39,382 nt of DNA from Octopus bimaculoides. Lineage: Eukaryota. The notes under the pieces were generated by a model. That model was given only the letters and a program-made list of their open reading frames with translations. It had not been told where the DNA came from and ran no database searches. Shown in pieces: positions 11,843 through 23,830 of this stretch (positions are counted from its first letter, which is position 1; each line of letters starts with the position of its first letter). The stretch spans positions 67,708,434 to 67,747,815 of the forward strand of contig NC_068990.1 of the NCBI RefSeq assembly GCF_001194135.2. Reading direction: 5' to 3'. Both the position numbers and the translations under genes were made by a program.

Positions 11843-13268
11843 TAAAAGCAGCTCATTCATAACTTTTGTACTTATCACATGCCATATATATGTGCATGTG
11901 TGTACTTATATATGTATGAGTGTATACATATGTACATAAAGATACATATATATGTATACATATGAACATATACATATATATATGTATATATTCTCTGCAT
12001 CTCTCTCTCTTCCACTTTCTGTATATAATGTAAAGCATGATTGGGGTAATCAACCAAACAACCAACCAACATTTATATCACCTATAATTATATCAAGTTA
12101 TTTGAATAACAATATATTATATTGAATGCATCAAATGATAGCAGACCCTAAGAATGCCGCTAACAGAAATTCTTTATTTCTGTGATTTCTTTACATGTAT
12201 ATTCCAATATTATTTAATATCAACAATTCTCTTTTGCATCTCATCTCAAATAGTGCATGTATTGTTATTTCATGACCGGCCATGCTATAGTTTACAATAT
12301 TTCTATGACTATTAGTTCTCTAATTTACTTTTAATCTTTTGATAATAAAGAACCTGATAAATACAGATGCATGAAGATTTCCAACAGTATAGATTAATTT
12401 AGAATATTTTTCAGCAAGATATTGTTACTCTGTGAATTGTGAATGTGTTAAATAGATGAAATGGCTCATCAAGGAGAAATAATAGAGATGGTGCCTTCCT
12501 TCACCCATTATTCATATATGCTAATTAAAAAGTTGAACAACACAAACTTCCAAAGTATTACTAATAACAATACTGTTTTGAAATGCGGAGGAAACACGTG
12601 GATGGAAGAGTTGCTCAAGAGATCACAGATGTGTGATGGAAGATTTCTTGACAATGGTCATAGAATAAAATAGGAACAATAATAAACAAGTGAAGAAAGA
12701 ATATATAGAATGTATGTGTAACCATCCCAAAATATAACAATATCTGTTTCAACACACAATTTCACATCGGGAATCTTGCAAAACAAATTCATAAATGTAA
12801 TACTGACTATGACAAGTGAGACTTACAGTTATTGCCTGGCTGTACAATCAACATGAGAAATCATGATGGGATCTAGTATGCACTAAGAGACTGTAGGGAG
12901 GAGTTCTTTGAGCCTGTGTCACCTCACTTATTCTTGAGCAGTGAAGTATGATGGAAGTTAAACCTGAATGTCTTTTTTGTTTCATGTTGCTAGCATCAGC
13001 TGGATTATTAAAAAAAAAAAAGAAACATGTCTCTAGATATCATTGGATATTGGTTTCCAGCAGTCTGAGTAGCTGTCGAATGTTGTGTGTGTGTGCATGT
13101 ACATATACATATACATGCATATACATATATAAACGTTTAACAAGTGTCAATACACAAAACACTTGACCCTTGAGTCACTCTGTAACGTCTGCTAATTATT
13201 AATAATAGAAAATATGTATTCAAGTTTTGAGTTCTATTTTCCTGCTTGCATTACCAACCCCACCTCTG

Positions 13269-13299
<31 letters not shown>

Positions 13300-13499
13300 T
13301 CTTACATGCATATATGCACACATATATATGTGTATGCACATGTGTGATGGAAGAAGCTTACAACCAGAGTCACACAGGTATATCAACCATACATATGCCA
13401 AAACTTAACTGAATGTTTTTCCTAATCACAGTTATATTATGGACAAAATAATTTCAGAATAACAATAATGTTTTTAAAAAAATCTAATAAAGGAAGACT

Positions 13500-13900
13500 A
13501 AGTGGAAGAGAAAGAATAGGTATTGTATCTATCAGTGTTGGTTTTCTCCCATGAGTGACAGTTAGAAAGGTGGAATTTTGATTCAGTGGGTGACATGGAA
13601 ATGAAGGACAGGCTATGATGGCACAGAAGCTTTTGAAAAAGGATGGGTTGTTTGGAGAAGATAGTTATTTGGATTTGAAACACCTTATAGACATGGAAAC
13701 TTGTTCTATGCAAGAGAGTGAGCAAAGAGAGAGAGAGGGAGGAGATAGGTCGATTTACACTGAAAGAATATGTCTATGAGAATGCTTGCAGACACAATGG
13801 TAGAAGGACAAGCTGGCGTTCAATAAAAAGAAAAGCTATATTTAGAGAGAGAAATATGTGTGCATCTATGGTGGCAGGGAAGTATGAAGGGGTGGAAGAC
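13500..13900 (-). mobile_element. Possible highly degraded Penelope-like (GIY-YIG region) remnant
   Basis: Minus-strand fragments LPCHHRC, CSLSCIEQ and HHSLSFISMSP vaguely resemble Penelope endonuclease-region motifs (FPC..RC, CPSLYIGQ); there are many stops and frameshifts. Confidence 0.3.
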
Positions 13901-14194
13901 AATTAGATAGACAAGTATAGACACGCTAAGAGCTTAGAATGGAAAAGGCTAAAAGAAAAATGATCTATTTGAATAATTTCTTCTCATCTGCAGTAATTAT
14001 CTAATTAGTTTGACATCAATATTGAAATTACAGCATAATTCTGTAGAAACAGATCGATGCCAATGACTGTAAGAATAAAGACTGATTAAAACTAAGAACA
14101 GAACTCAACTATTTTTTCTAACCTTTGAATTCTGCTTGGAAATAGAAATAATCTGAAGAAAAAAAAATTAAAGAAATAATATGAACATTTCTAG

Positions 14195-14371
14195 GTGCAG
14201 GTATGGCTATAGACACAAGAATGAGTGTGTGGCTAACAAATTTGTTCCATAACCACATGGTTTGTGATTCAGTCCTACAGCATGAAACCTTGGGTAAATG
14301 TCATCCCCTATAGCCCAGGGCTGACCAAAGTAGTGTCAGTGAATTTGGGAGACAGAAACTGAAAGAAGCCT

Positions 14372-14375
<4 letters not shown>
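14195..14375 (+). mobile_element. SINE family A head
   Basis: ggtgcaggtatggct...aaccacatggtttgtgattcagtcctacagcatgaaaccttgggtaaatgtc...tatagcccagggctgaccaaag...gacagaaactgaaagaagcc followed by (TA)n. Confidence 0.75.
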
Positions 14376-14422
<47 letters not shown>

Positions 14423-14905
14423 AGGCTTGAACAGAAAGAACACAACAAGGAGAAAAAGGTAGATGAAAGCAGAGTAAACAGGAAACTAAATGAAAACTTA
14501 ACGGATGAGAAATTTAAACAAAGACATGAAACATGGAATATTTGAAGCTGAGTTTTCCTCATCAGTCAATGACCCAAAATATCATAGTAGTTTTGCACCA
14601 TTACCATCGAGACACTCAATTTTGGAGGAACCACTGCTGTTATTAATCTACTGTGAAAAAGCTAGCGAATGTATACTAAGACAGAAGCAAACAAGATATT
14701 ATACAAATACAACAGACAAAGAATTACGCATATATAACAACACAAAGCCTTACAGCTATATGTAACAGAAGAAAAAATAATTATTATACATACGAACTTA
14801 GTGGGGTTGTGGTGCCAAGATGAAATGGAGTAAGCCCTAGAGGACATAACAGGAGCCCAGACCAGCATGACCAGTCTGGTCAAAGGCTGGGTGAAAAATA
14901 ACAAC

Positions 14906-14936
<31 letters not shown>

Positions 14937-15322
14937 CATATGAGCATGTATGTGTGTGTGTACATATATATACACTGAGTGAGGTATGTCTCCTTGTCTT
15001 GACATCACATAATAGTTATAAACAGGTGTTACCTTCATACAAACAGTGCCTTATGCTTCCAATTTCTGTGAAAACTGGTCCCACCATGGGGTGGAAAATA
15101 TCACATTACTTGAAAACAAGTTTGGGTTGGCAACAGAAAGTGCATCTGGCTATAAAAAATGTGCATCGAAAAATTCTGTCTGACCCATGCAAGAATGGAA
15201 AAGTAGACATTAAAGTGATGATGAGGATTTCCAATAATGGCAAATGCTGTGGAACAGAGTTAAAATCTGAGGAAGTTAAAATTTGACTACTGGCACTCAG
15301 ATTATTATGCTACTCTGCAATG

Positions 15323-15630
15323 AAGGCACATGGCTTAGTGCTTTGAGTATTCGGATCATGATCGTAAAGGCATCAGTTCAATTCCTCATGGAGCATTGTG
15401 TCCTTGAGCAAGAGATTTTATTTCACATTTCTCTAGTTCACTCAACTGGCAAAAATGAGTAGTATCTGTATTTTAAAGGGCTAGCCTTATCATATTCTGT
15501 GTCATGCTAAATCTCCCTGAGAACTATGTTAAGGGCATGTGTGTTTGTGGAGTGCTGAGCCACTTGCATGTTAATTTCATGAGCAGACTGTTCTGTTGAT
15601 GGGATCATCGTAACCAATGGAGTGCTTGTT
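15323..15630 (+). mobile_element. tRNA-derived SINE, third family (family C here)
   Basis: gaaggcacatggcttagtg (A-box-like)...cagttcaattcc (B-box-like)...gtgtccttgagcaaga...tttatttcac...cactcaactggcaaaaatgag. Inverted diverged copies occur at about 23000-23150 and 25340-25480. Confidence 0.75.
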
Positions 15631-17180
15631 ATGATACTCTGTCATAATCATTTCTTTTTCATTGAAAGATATCAGTGTATGCAAACTTAAGTCCAACTCA
15701 AATGTGTTTGAGAGCTATTTGAACCTGTAATGGCATTTTATTGTATTTTGCCATGGAGAAAAAATTTCTCGAATAAGACAAAAAAGTGTTAAGACACTTA
15801 AGTTAGTTCAGAGCATCCTCTATTTGACTGATGAATAAATTTCAAATACTAGTTCTCTTCAGCACCCAACAAGATAGGTAACTTTGAACTAAGAAGTGAA
15901 ACTTCCTTTATTGGAAGTTAATCAACATTATTGACTGAGAGGGATTCTTTTTTCCAAAAATAAACTTCAGTGAAAAGCCTTTACAGGCTCAAATACCTCT
16001 CAAGCATATCTAAATTAATCATTTAGGACTATCTGTCATTGCTTCTTGCATCTACTCATAATATTCATGCATTCTATTTTTCCTAGGGATAATACTTTAA
16101 ACCAACTTTGACTGTTACTAAGAGAATTACTTAGGAAATGTCTTGGTGATCTTGAAACTCAGTATATCATTTTTGCGAACTTTGAATTGGGTCAAAGACT
16201 ATATCTTTTTATCTCTAACTTAATAAATCAGAACTATTCCTAATTTTAGAGGTATTTCTCTGACAGGAGTTACAACTGACTGATAATATCAGCAATTTGA
16301 AACACAAATGGAAACACAGTTTATTTGGTTTGATCAGAAGATTGACTACCGCCACCACTTCTACCACCAACAGAGGTATTTCTATAGAATCTATGAAATT
16401 AAGAAGTTACCAGAGATTGTACTATTACGTTGGAAGAAGTAGAATTCCAAAATTTGTTTTTGATTAGAAAAAGAAAAATATTTATGAGAGATCTCACAAA
16501 ACACAATTTGAATACGTTAACTACATTAACCCATTTGCTACCAAATTCCTGTTGCTTCATTTCATTTTGGAGTTAATGAAGGATTTAGTGAAATAACTGT
16601 CATTATTAAGCTGGTGTTTGGAACATACATTAGCATGGAAATTTCAAGGGAAATTCTAATATTGACCACCTTAAAACTGGAAATTTGTATGATAGAACCA
16701 GGGATGGTCTCAGAAGTGTTAGTATCAAAAGAGTTAAACTCAAGCACTTGCATATCTTTTATCGTTTACTTCTTTCTGTCATTAGACTGAGACCACCTTG
16801 AAGAACTTTAGTCAAACAAATCAAGTTATGGGAATGTAAACAGCTGAGATACAGGGATGTAAACACAGCAACACAGGGATTCAAGAGCTGGTGGGGGACA
16901 AACGAACCTACACACACATACATATAAGACAGGGTTTGGCTGGTAGAGTATATCCTATTCAAAACATATACTAATTTGAGCCATGAACTCCCCATAAAAA
17001 CAGGGCAAACTTCAAGCTCTAGTCAGAAGCAAGACAGCTGCAACATAAACCACTCTTTCTATTTGAACTTTTTGAAAATCAGTGTAAACTGTGAAACCGG
17101 TTAAAGCTTCAAATATATTGATAAAAAATATTTTAACTATTCTCAGTGCATTTTCAACTTCTATTTTTCCTATATATATT

Positions 17181-18573
17181 ATAGCTGAATCACCAGAACT
17201 AGAGAAGAAGTTTCAAGTGTAGAAGCAAGGTCTAGAATTGAAGGCTTTAGAGTTAACCTTGTAAAAACCAAAGCCTTAGAAGGAAGGCAAACAAGTCACA
17301 ATGGCCTGCACAATTTGTATAAAAGGTATAGGTAGAGACTTCATAAGATGTACATGGTGTAAGTTATGGACACACAGGAGGTGCAGCAATATCAGAGGAA
17401 GGTTAACAGGGAAGATAGTTTTTGTGTGTGGAAGGTGCACAGATACAATAAACACCAAAAATGTACAGAAAATAGATTCCTACACATGCCAGGAGGAAAA
17501 CTAGAAGTAGTCAATACCTTCCGCTACCTAGATGACCAAGTCAGTAACGGGGGTGGATGCTCCGAGAGCATAGCTACTAGAATAAGAATAGGCTGGGCAA
17601 AGTCCAGAGAGCTCCTACCTTTACTGATAACAAAGGGCCTCTTGCTCAGAGTGAAAGGCAGACTGTATGATGCCTGTGTGCAAACAGCCATGCTACATGG
17701 CAGTGAAACATGGGCTGTGACTGCTGAGGACATGCGTAGGCTTGTAAGAAATGAAGCTGGTATGCTCCACTGGATGTATAATGTCAGTGTGCATGCACGA
17801 CAGAGTATTATCATCCTGATAGAAACGTTGGTCATTAGAAGTATCAGATGTGGTGTGTAAGACAGATGACTGTGCTGGTATGGTCATGTGATGCATATGG
17901 ATGAGGACAGCTGTGTGAAAAAGTGTTTCACTCTAACAGTAGAGGGAACCTGTGGAAGAGGTAGACTTAAGAAGACAAGAGTGGTGGTGGTGAAGCACAA
18001 TCTTTGAATGTTGTGCCTCACAGAGGCAATGACAAGTGACTAAGACCTTTGGAGGTATGCTGTGCTTGAGAAGACTTGTCAAATCAATTGCGATCATAGT
18101 CATGGCCAATGCCAGTGTTGCATAACTGGCTCATTCAAAGCACCTTTCAATCATTGGGTGATATGCTGTGCTTGTGAAGACCTGTCAAACTGAGTGAAAT
18201 TGTAGTTGTGGCCAATGCCACCAGTGCCATCTGACTGGAATGTAAAACAGCACCATTCGAGCACTGGGCCTCATGGAGGCAGTGACAAGTAACCAAGACC
18301 TTTGGCAATATACTGTGCTTGTGTAGATCTGTCAAGTGAGATCGTAGTCATGGCTGATACTAGTGTCAGGTCAATAGCACTCGTGCCAGTGACATGTACA
18401 GAACTCACTACACTCTTGGAGTGGCTAGCATTAGGAAAGGCATCCAGCCATAGATAACATTGCCAAACCAGATAGGAACCTGGTGCAGCACCCCCGCTTA
18501 CCAGTTTTCAGTCAAACTGTCCAACCCATGCCAGCATGGAAAGCAGACGTTAAATGATGATGAAGATGATGAT
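17181..18573 (+). mobile_element. 5'-truncated, frameshifted RTE-clade non-LTR retrotransposon (RT C-terminal part, repetitive 3' UTR, GAT tail)
   Basis: Translates to ...RVNLVKTKAL, a Cys-rich finger, then GKLEVVNTFRYLDDQV...RIRIGWAKSRELLPLL...KGRLYDACVQTAMLHGSETWAVTAEDMRRL...WYGHV.HMDEDSCVKK, i.e. RTE RT-thumb motifs (FRYLG, YGSETW, RWYGHV-like). Contains frameshifts and stops; ends in gacgttaaatgatgatgaagatgatgat. Confidence 0.93.
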
Positions 18574-19134
18574 ATCTGATGAAGTTGAACAAGTTATAAT
18601 TTCAAAATCATTATTCAACCTTTTTCTAGAAGTTTGATAAATGTATAGTCAACTAAACAGTATTGAGTAATCCTTTGTATGTACATATACACATATATGC
18701 AAATACATGAAGACACACACTAACCTTAAGAAAAAACAAGAAATCTACCACCTGGTAACCAATTCCATTTGGTAAAGATCTTCATGATTAACTTAGATAA
18801 TCTTATATACCTTCCCAGAGGCCTGCACTACTTCCACATTCTCCGGCTCTTAGCCCCGTAAGCCCACCTCCTCGTTCCCAGGCAGTTTGCCTGTATGCTC
18901 TCTCTGGTAGATTATATATTCATGGAATACTATGATATGATATCAATCACTTCAAACAAACAGCAGTATCAAAGAGAGAGAGAAGTGAGGAGAGGGAAGT
19001 TGCTGTGGTATAAATTATTAACAGCAGGTATCTATCAAGTGCCTATCAATATCAAGTGGACACATGGCAAGATCTGAGTTGATAACAGTGATGTTATTTT
19101 CAATGGAGATATCACTGGAGATATCAGATACCCC

Positions 19135-19380
19135 TACCTACACTAGCACAATCACAATCAGTACGAATGTCATTATCATCGCCACCACTACCACTACCAC
19201 CACCACTACCACTACCACCACCGCTACCACCACCATCTCCAATGTCAATAGTATTTCCATTACTATTCCCACTATTACTATCATTAATAACAAGAACAAG
19301 CACAGCAACAACAACAATAATAACAATAACAACAATAACTATAAGGCTGCAACTATCACCAACTACCACAATTACCATTT
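19135..19380. repeat. Compound trinucleotide microsatellite (ACC/ACT)n, (AAC/AAT)n
   Basis: Seen directly; it explains the low-complexity ORFs on both strands (poly-T/poly-N, poly-P, poly-V, GS-rich). Confidence 0.9.
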
Positions 19381-20566
19381 ATCACTTGAAGTTGTTTGGA
19401 AACTACCACTGCTAATAGCAACACACACACACGGACACAGAAATGTATGCACACACATACAAAAGTTTATTAAATGTAAAGTTATATACATACACATAAG
19501 ATCTACAACAAATATTTATACAATATATATAAACAAAACATGTAAACATTGATTAGAACAAAGTAGTTCTCATTTCACTCTCTCACACATAAGTATACAA
19601 AATAGCTTACACACATCATTTTATGTCACATTTTCTAATAGTTACATGAGTTGGACAGAATATTTTTGTCACACATTACCTATGGTCAAATGTTCTTCTT
19701 TTCATCAACCCTCACCTGTTTCCAGGTAAGGTAATATTTCCCCATTGCGAAATATATTTTTCACTGAAGACTAAAAATGAACATTTCCTGCATGATGGCG
19801 ATGTATATTTGCAACCATGACGTAGTGTTAGGGCAAGGGTACAAACACACACACAAATACATATGATGGGGTTCTTCTAGTTCCCAACTAACAAATCCTC
19901 TCACAAGGCCATGGTAAGAGAGACTTGCCCATGGTAAAAGAAGCCATGGTAAAAGAGACTTGCCCAATGTACAAACGTAGTGTTTAGAGGTTGAGTTACT
20001 TTGAATTCTCTCATGGATACAAAAACATATTATACTACCCCTCCTCGTCTTATATCCTTTGAATCCTTGGAGTTCTTCATCACCTTGTTGCTCAGTTCCC
20101 ACCCAATGGTCTATTTTCATTATCCTATTTGGCCTATGCACCAGAGGCTGTATTGGTCTTCTTCATACCTCTGACTCTTATGCCCATTGTAAGGCTGATG
20201 TTTAGCAAACTGCATTGGGTCAGCCTCAAGCTTTCTCCCTGGTGCATCTCTCTTACTGAGCAGGGAATGCTTAGCATTGTGAAGTCTTTTTGTTCAACTT
20301 CACAACGTCACTGCCTTGAAGAAGGCAGCCAGTAAACTCTGTAAATTGGTTGGTGATAGGAAGAGCATCCAACCTTAGAAACTAAAACCAAATGCCACAA
20401 GTATCAATCTATAGAAACAGCAGCACCTTACTGGTGGTGACTCAAACCATGATGGTCTGTCCAACCCACGCTAGCAGGAAAAGTCAATGTATGAAAGTTG
20501 ATCATGTTGATGATATGTATGTGTGTATATAAACACACACACACACACACATATATATATATGCAT

Positions 20567-20603
<37 letters not shown>

Positions 20604-20951
20604 TGTATGATGTGAGCATTTGTACCTGCATGCTTGTTTAATTTGCACGTCTATGAAAACTGGTGAGCTAAAAGAGAGGTGGTTGTTGTTGTCATTTCTC
20701 CTGTTGAACCTTTGGAGATGTGTGGAATAACAGATTTCTTATTTTGAAAGACAGACAAGGATTAGTGACAGAAAGAGCATCAGGCTGTAAAACAATGCCT
20801 CAGCAATATATTTATCAAACTCATACAAGCATGGAAAAAAATGAATGTAAAAACAACTAGGCAAACTTATACATACAATGCCTATAAATTTAGACTCCTT
20901 TATACAAACAGACACACACACATATGCATACACACACACACACACACACAT

Positions 20952-21000
<49 letters not shown>

Positions 21001-21591
21001 NNNNNNNNNNNNNNNNNNNNNNNNNNNNNNNNNNNNNNNNNNNNNNNNNNNNNNNNNNNNNNNNNNNNNNNNNNNNNNNNNNNNNNNNNNNNNNNNNNNN
21101 NNNNNNNNNNNNNNNNNNNNNNNNNNNNNNNNNNNNNNNNNNNNNNNNNNNNNNNNNNNNNNNNNNNNNNNNNNNNNNNNNNNNNNNNNNNNNNNNNNNN
21201 NNNNNNNNNNNNNNNNNNNNNNNNNNNNNNNNNNNNNNNNNNNNNNNNNNNNNNNNNNNNNNNNNNNNNNNNNNNNNNNNNNNNNNNNNNNNNNNNNNNN
21301 NNNNNNNNNNNNNNNNNNNNNNNNNNNNNNNNNNNNNNNNNNNNNNNNNNNNNNNNNNNNNNNNNNNNNNNNNNNNNNNNNNNNNNNNNNNNNNNNNNNN
21401 NNNNNNNNNNNNNNNNNNNNNNNNNNNNNNNNNNNNNNNNNNNNNNNNNNNNNNNNNNNNNNNNNNNNNNNNNNNNNNNNNNNNNNNNNNNNNNNNNNNN
21501 NNNNNNNNNNNNNNNNNNNNNNNNNNNNNNNNNNNNNNNNNNNNNNNNNNNNNNNNNNNNNNNNNNNNNNNNNNNNNNNNNNNNNNNNNNN
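21001..21591. other. Assembly gap (N run)
   Basis: N bases between (TA)n and (TG)n. Confidence 1.
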
Positions 21592-21656
<65 letters not shown>

Positions 21657-22439
21657 ACCACAAAATATATTCAAGTACAGATAACTGATTATCAAAGGAT
21701 ATTGAATGTTTCACTTATAATTCATATATGCACACGTGCGTATATATAAAAATTGTATATACAAATATATAGACATAAGTATATGGATATGTATATGGAT
21801 ATGTATATGCATGTACGTCTGAATGTATGTATGTGTGTGTGTATGTATATGTGTGTGTGTGTGTGTGTAAGTATGTATATAAATATATTTATATATATGA
21901 GGTGTGAGAACAACAAGTTTCCTTTTAACACAACTGTGATCCAGTTTCCTACTTTTGAAGGTTTTTTTCCTCTCCCATATTTTCTTATGAGCTCTCTAGA
22001 GTTTGGAAATTTACTGCTCTAAATAAAAGGCACTGGGAAATATATAAAAAAAAACCTTAATATAAATAGAAAATCAGAATGCAATTGTGTTTTGAATATA
22101 ACACATGGGTTTGCACTCTAGTTACTAATGATGATGATGATGTTGATGGACATGCATGTGTGTGTGTGTGTGTATGTGTGTGTGTGTGTGTGTGTATAGG
22201 TGAAGGTGTAGTAGAGTATATAGATGCAGGAGTGGTTGTGTGGTAAGAAACTTGCTTCCCAACCTCATGGTTCTGGATTCTGGTTCTTGCATTTGTAATA
22301 TGGTTCCCTGATGATAAAATTATATGTATATACCAGCATCTCTTACTCCATTGGAGTAGAGTGCATATAATTTTTGAAACATTTGTTGGAATTAAAGGAA
22401 CTTATTGATTATATGCGTTTTGCTCTATCTATTATTATT

Positions 22440-22798
22440 NNNNNNNNNNNNNNNNNNNNNNNNNNNNNNNNNNNNNNNNNNNNNNNNNNNNNNNNNNNNN
22501 NNNNNNNNNNNNNNNNNNNNNNNNNNNNNNNNNNNNNNNNNNNNNNNNNNNNNNNNNNNNNNNNNNNNNNNNNNNNNNNNNNNNNNNNNNNNNNNNNNNN
22601 NNNNNNNNNNNNNNNNNNNNNNNNNNNNNNNNNNNNNNNNNNNNNNNNNNNNNNNNNNNNNNNNNNNNNNNNNNNNNNNNNNNNNNNNNNNNNNNNNNNN
22701 NNNNNNNNNNNNNNNNNNNNNNNNNNNNNNNNNNNNNNNNNNNNNNNNNNNNNNNNNNNNNNNNNNNNNNNNNNNNNNNNNNNNNNNNNNNNNNNNNN
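22440..22798. other. Assembly gap (N run)
   Basis: N bases between (ATT)n and (TA)n. Confidence 1.
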
Positions 22799-23254
22799 AT
22801 ATATATATATATATATATAAACTATAGCCATCAAATGCAAATGCATATGACTTGATAGTATGTTCCATGCTTTCACTAATTGTTTAGGACCCTATGCAGT
22901 CATGAGCAGATATAGATCCTCTCTCAATCCTCTCATCCTTCACCAAACAGAACATTGAGAATGTGACAGCTGGAGGCAAAGAATGCGGTACCAGCACTTG
23001 GTAGCTCCTCATTTTCAGCTGGGTTGATCAGAGCAACATTTAATAAAGTGCCTTTCTCCAGGGCATTATCAATTAGTTGGTCCAAGAATCAAATCTACAA
23101 TTTCTTAATCATGAGTGAGCTCAACATTTAACTACTAGGTCAAGCATGAATTTGTGTATGTGTGTTTGTATATGTATACATTAAAGTTTACTTTTATGTC
23201 TAGTTATTTATAAAAACAATTTAACATTAAACTGAAAGATTATTCAATACTTGT

Positions 23255-23620
23255 AGTAGAGTGCATCATTTGTAAACTTTTCGAAGAAGAGGGGTGACTG
23301 TGTTTCAAAGTTTCAGTTTGCTAGTCTTCGTCAGACTATACTACACTTGGGTTCCATTTGGCTGTATATAGTCTTTGGGAAGCTGGTTTTCTGGTGTAGA
23401 TGGAGTTATATGAAATGATAATTAGGTTTAGTTTATGTAGGTCTGGGGAATAAATGTATAGGAAGGGGAAAAGAAGAAGATAGGCGGAAAGCAAGTTCAT
23501 TTGGTGTGAGCTGGTAGAAAGATATTGGAAGATTTTAGTTACTTAGAGTTAGAGTTGTGTCATTGTTTAGAGTTCAATTAAACATGAAAGTAATTGTGTA
23601 CACAAGAGTCTAATATTGCT
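23255..23620 (-). mobile_element. Penelope-like element 3' end / pseudo-LTR remnant with degenerate hammerhead-like motif
   Basis: The minus strand has a pyrimidine-rich tract followed by ...tatagt-CTGACGA-agactagcaaactgaaacttt-GAAAC-aca-GTC-acccc...; the arrangement matches a minimal type I hammerhead core. The Penelope assignment is inferred from this layout. Confidence 0.45.
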
Positions 23621-23629
23621 GCCAAATTT

Positions 23630-23830
23630 AAGGTAGTGAGCTGGTAGAACCTTTAGCATGCTGGGAAAAATGCTTGACAACATTATGTCCCTCTTTACAC
23701 TCTGAGTTCAAATTCCACTGGGGCTGACTTTGCCTTTCATCCTTTCCAGGTCAATAAAATAGGGGTCAATGTAATCAACTAACCCTCTTCTCTCGAATTT
23801 GCTAACCTTGCACCAAAATTTGAAACCAAT
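23630..23830 (+). mobile_element. SINE family B, plus-strand copy
   Basis: aaggtagtgagctggtagaa...ctgagttcaaattccactggggctgactttgcctttcatcctttccaggtcaataaaat...aaaatttgaaacc; this is the reverse complement of the 36064-36280 type. Confidence 0.8.

Noticed and set aside
14867-15286. 139-aa ORF
   Set aside because: Made of (TG)n microsatellite and a dispersed repeat also seen at about 8730-8960.
15323-15400. tRNA-like A/B boxes in SINE heads (also at 23630, 36280, 36537 and 3868)
   Set aside because: No complete cloverleaf; each continues into a SINE body, so none is called a tRNA gene.
19064-19552. 162-aa ORF with poly-Thr/poly-Asn, plus overlapping ORFs on both strands
   Set aside because: Fully explained by stop-free trinucleotide repeats; no splice signals or domain.
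20739-21749. Longest ORFs in the track (250-318 aa); likewise at 10032-10437, 22374-22876 and 32349-33209
   Set aside because: Artefacts of N-gaps and dinucleotide repeats.
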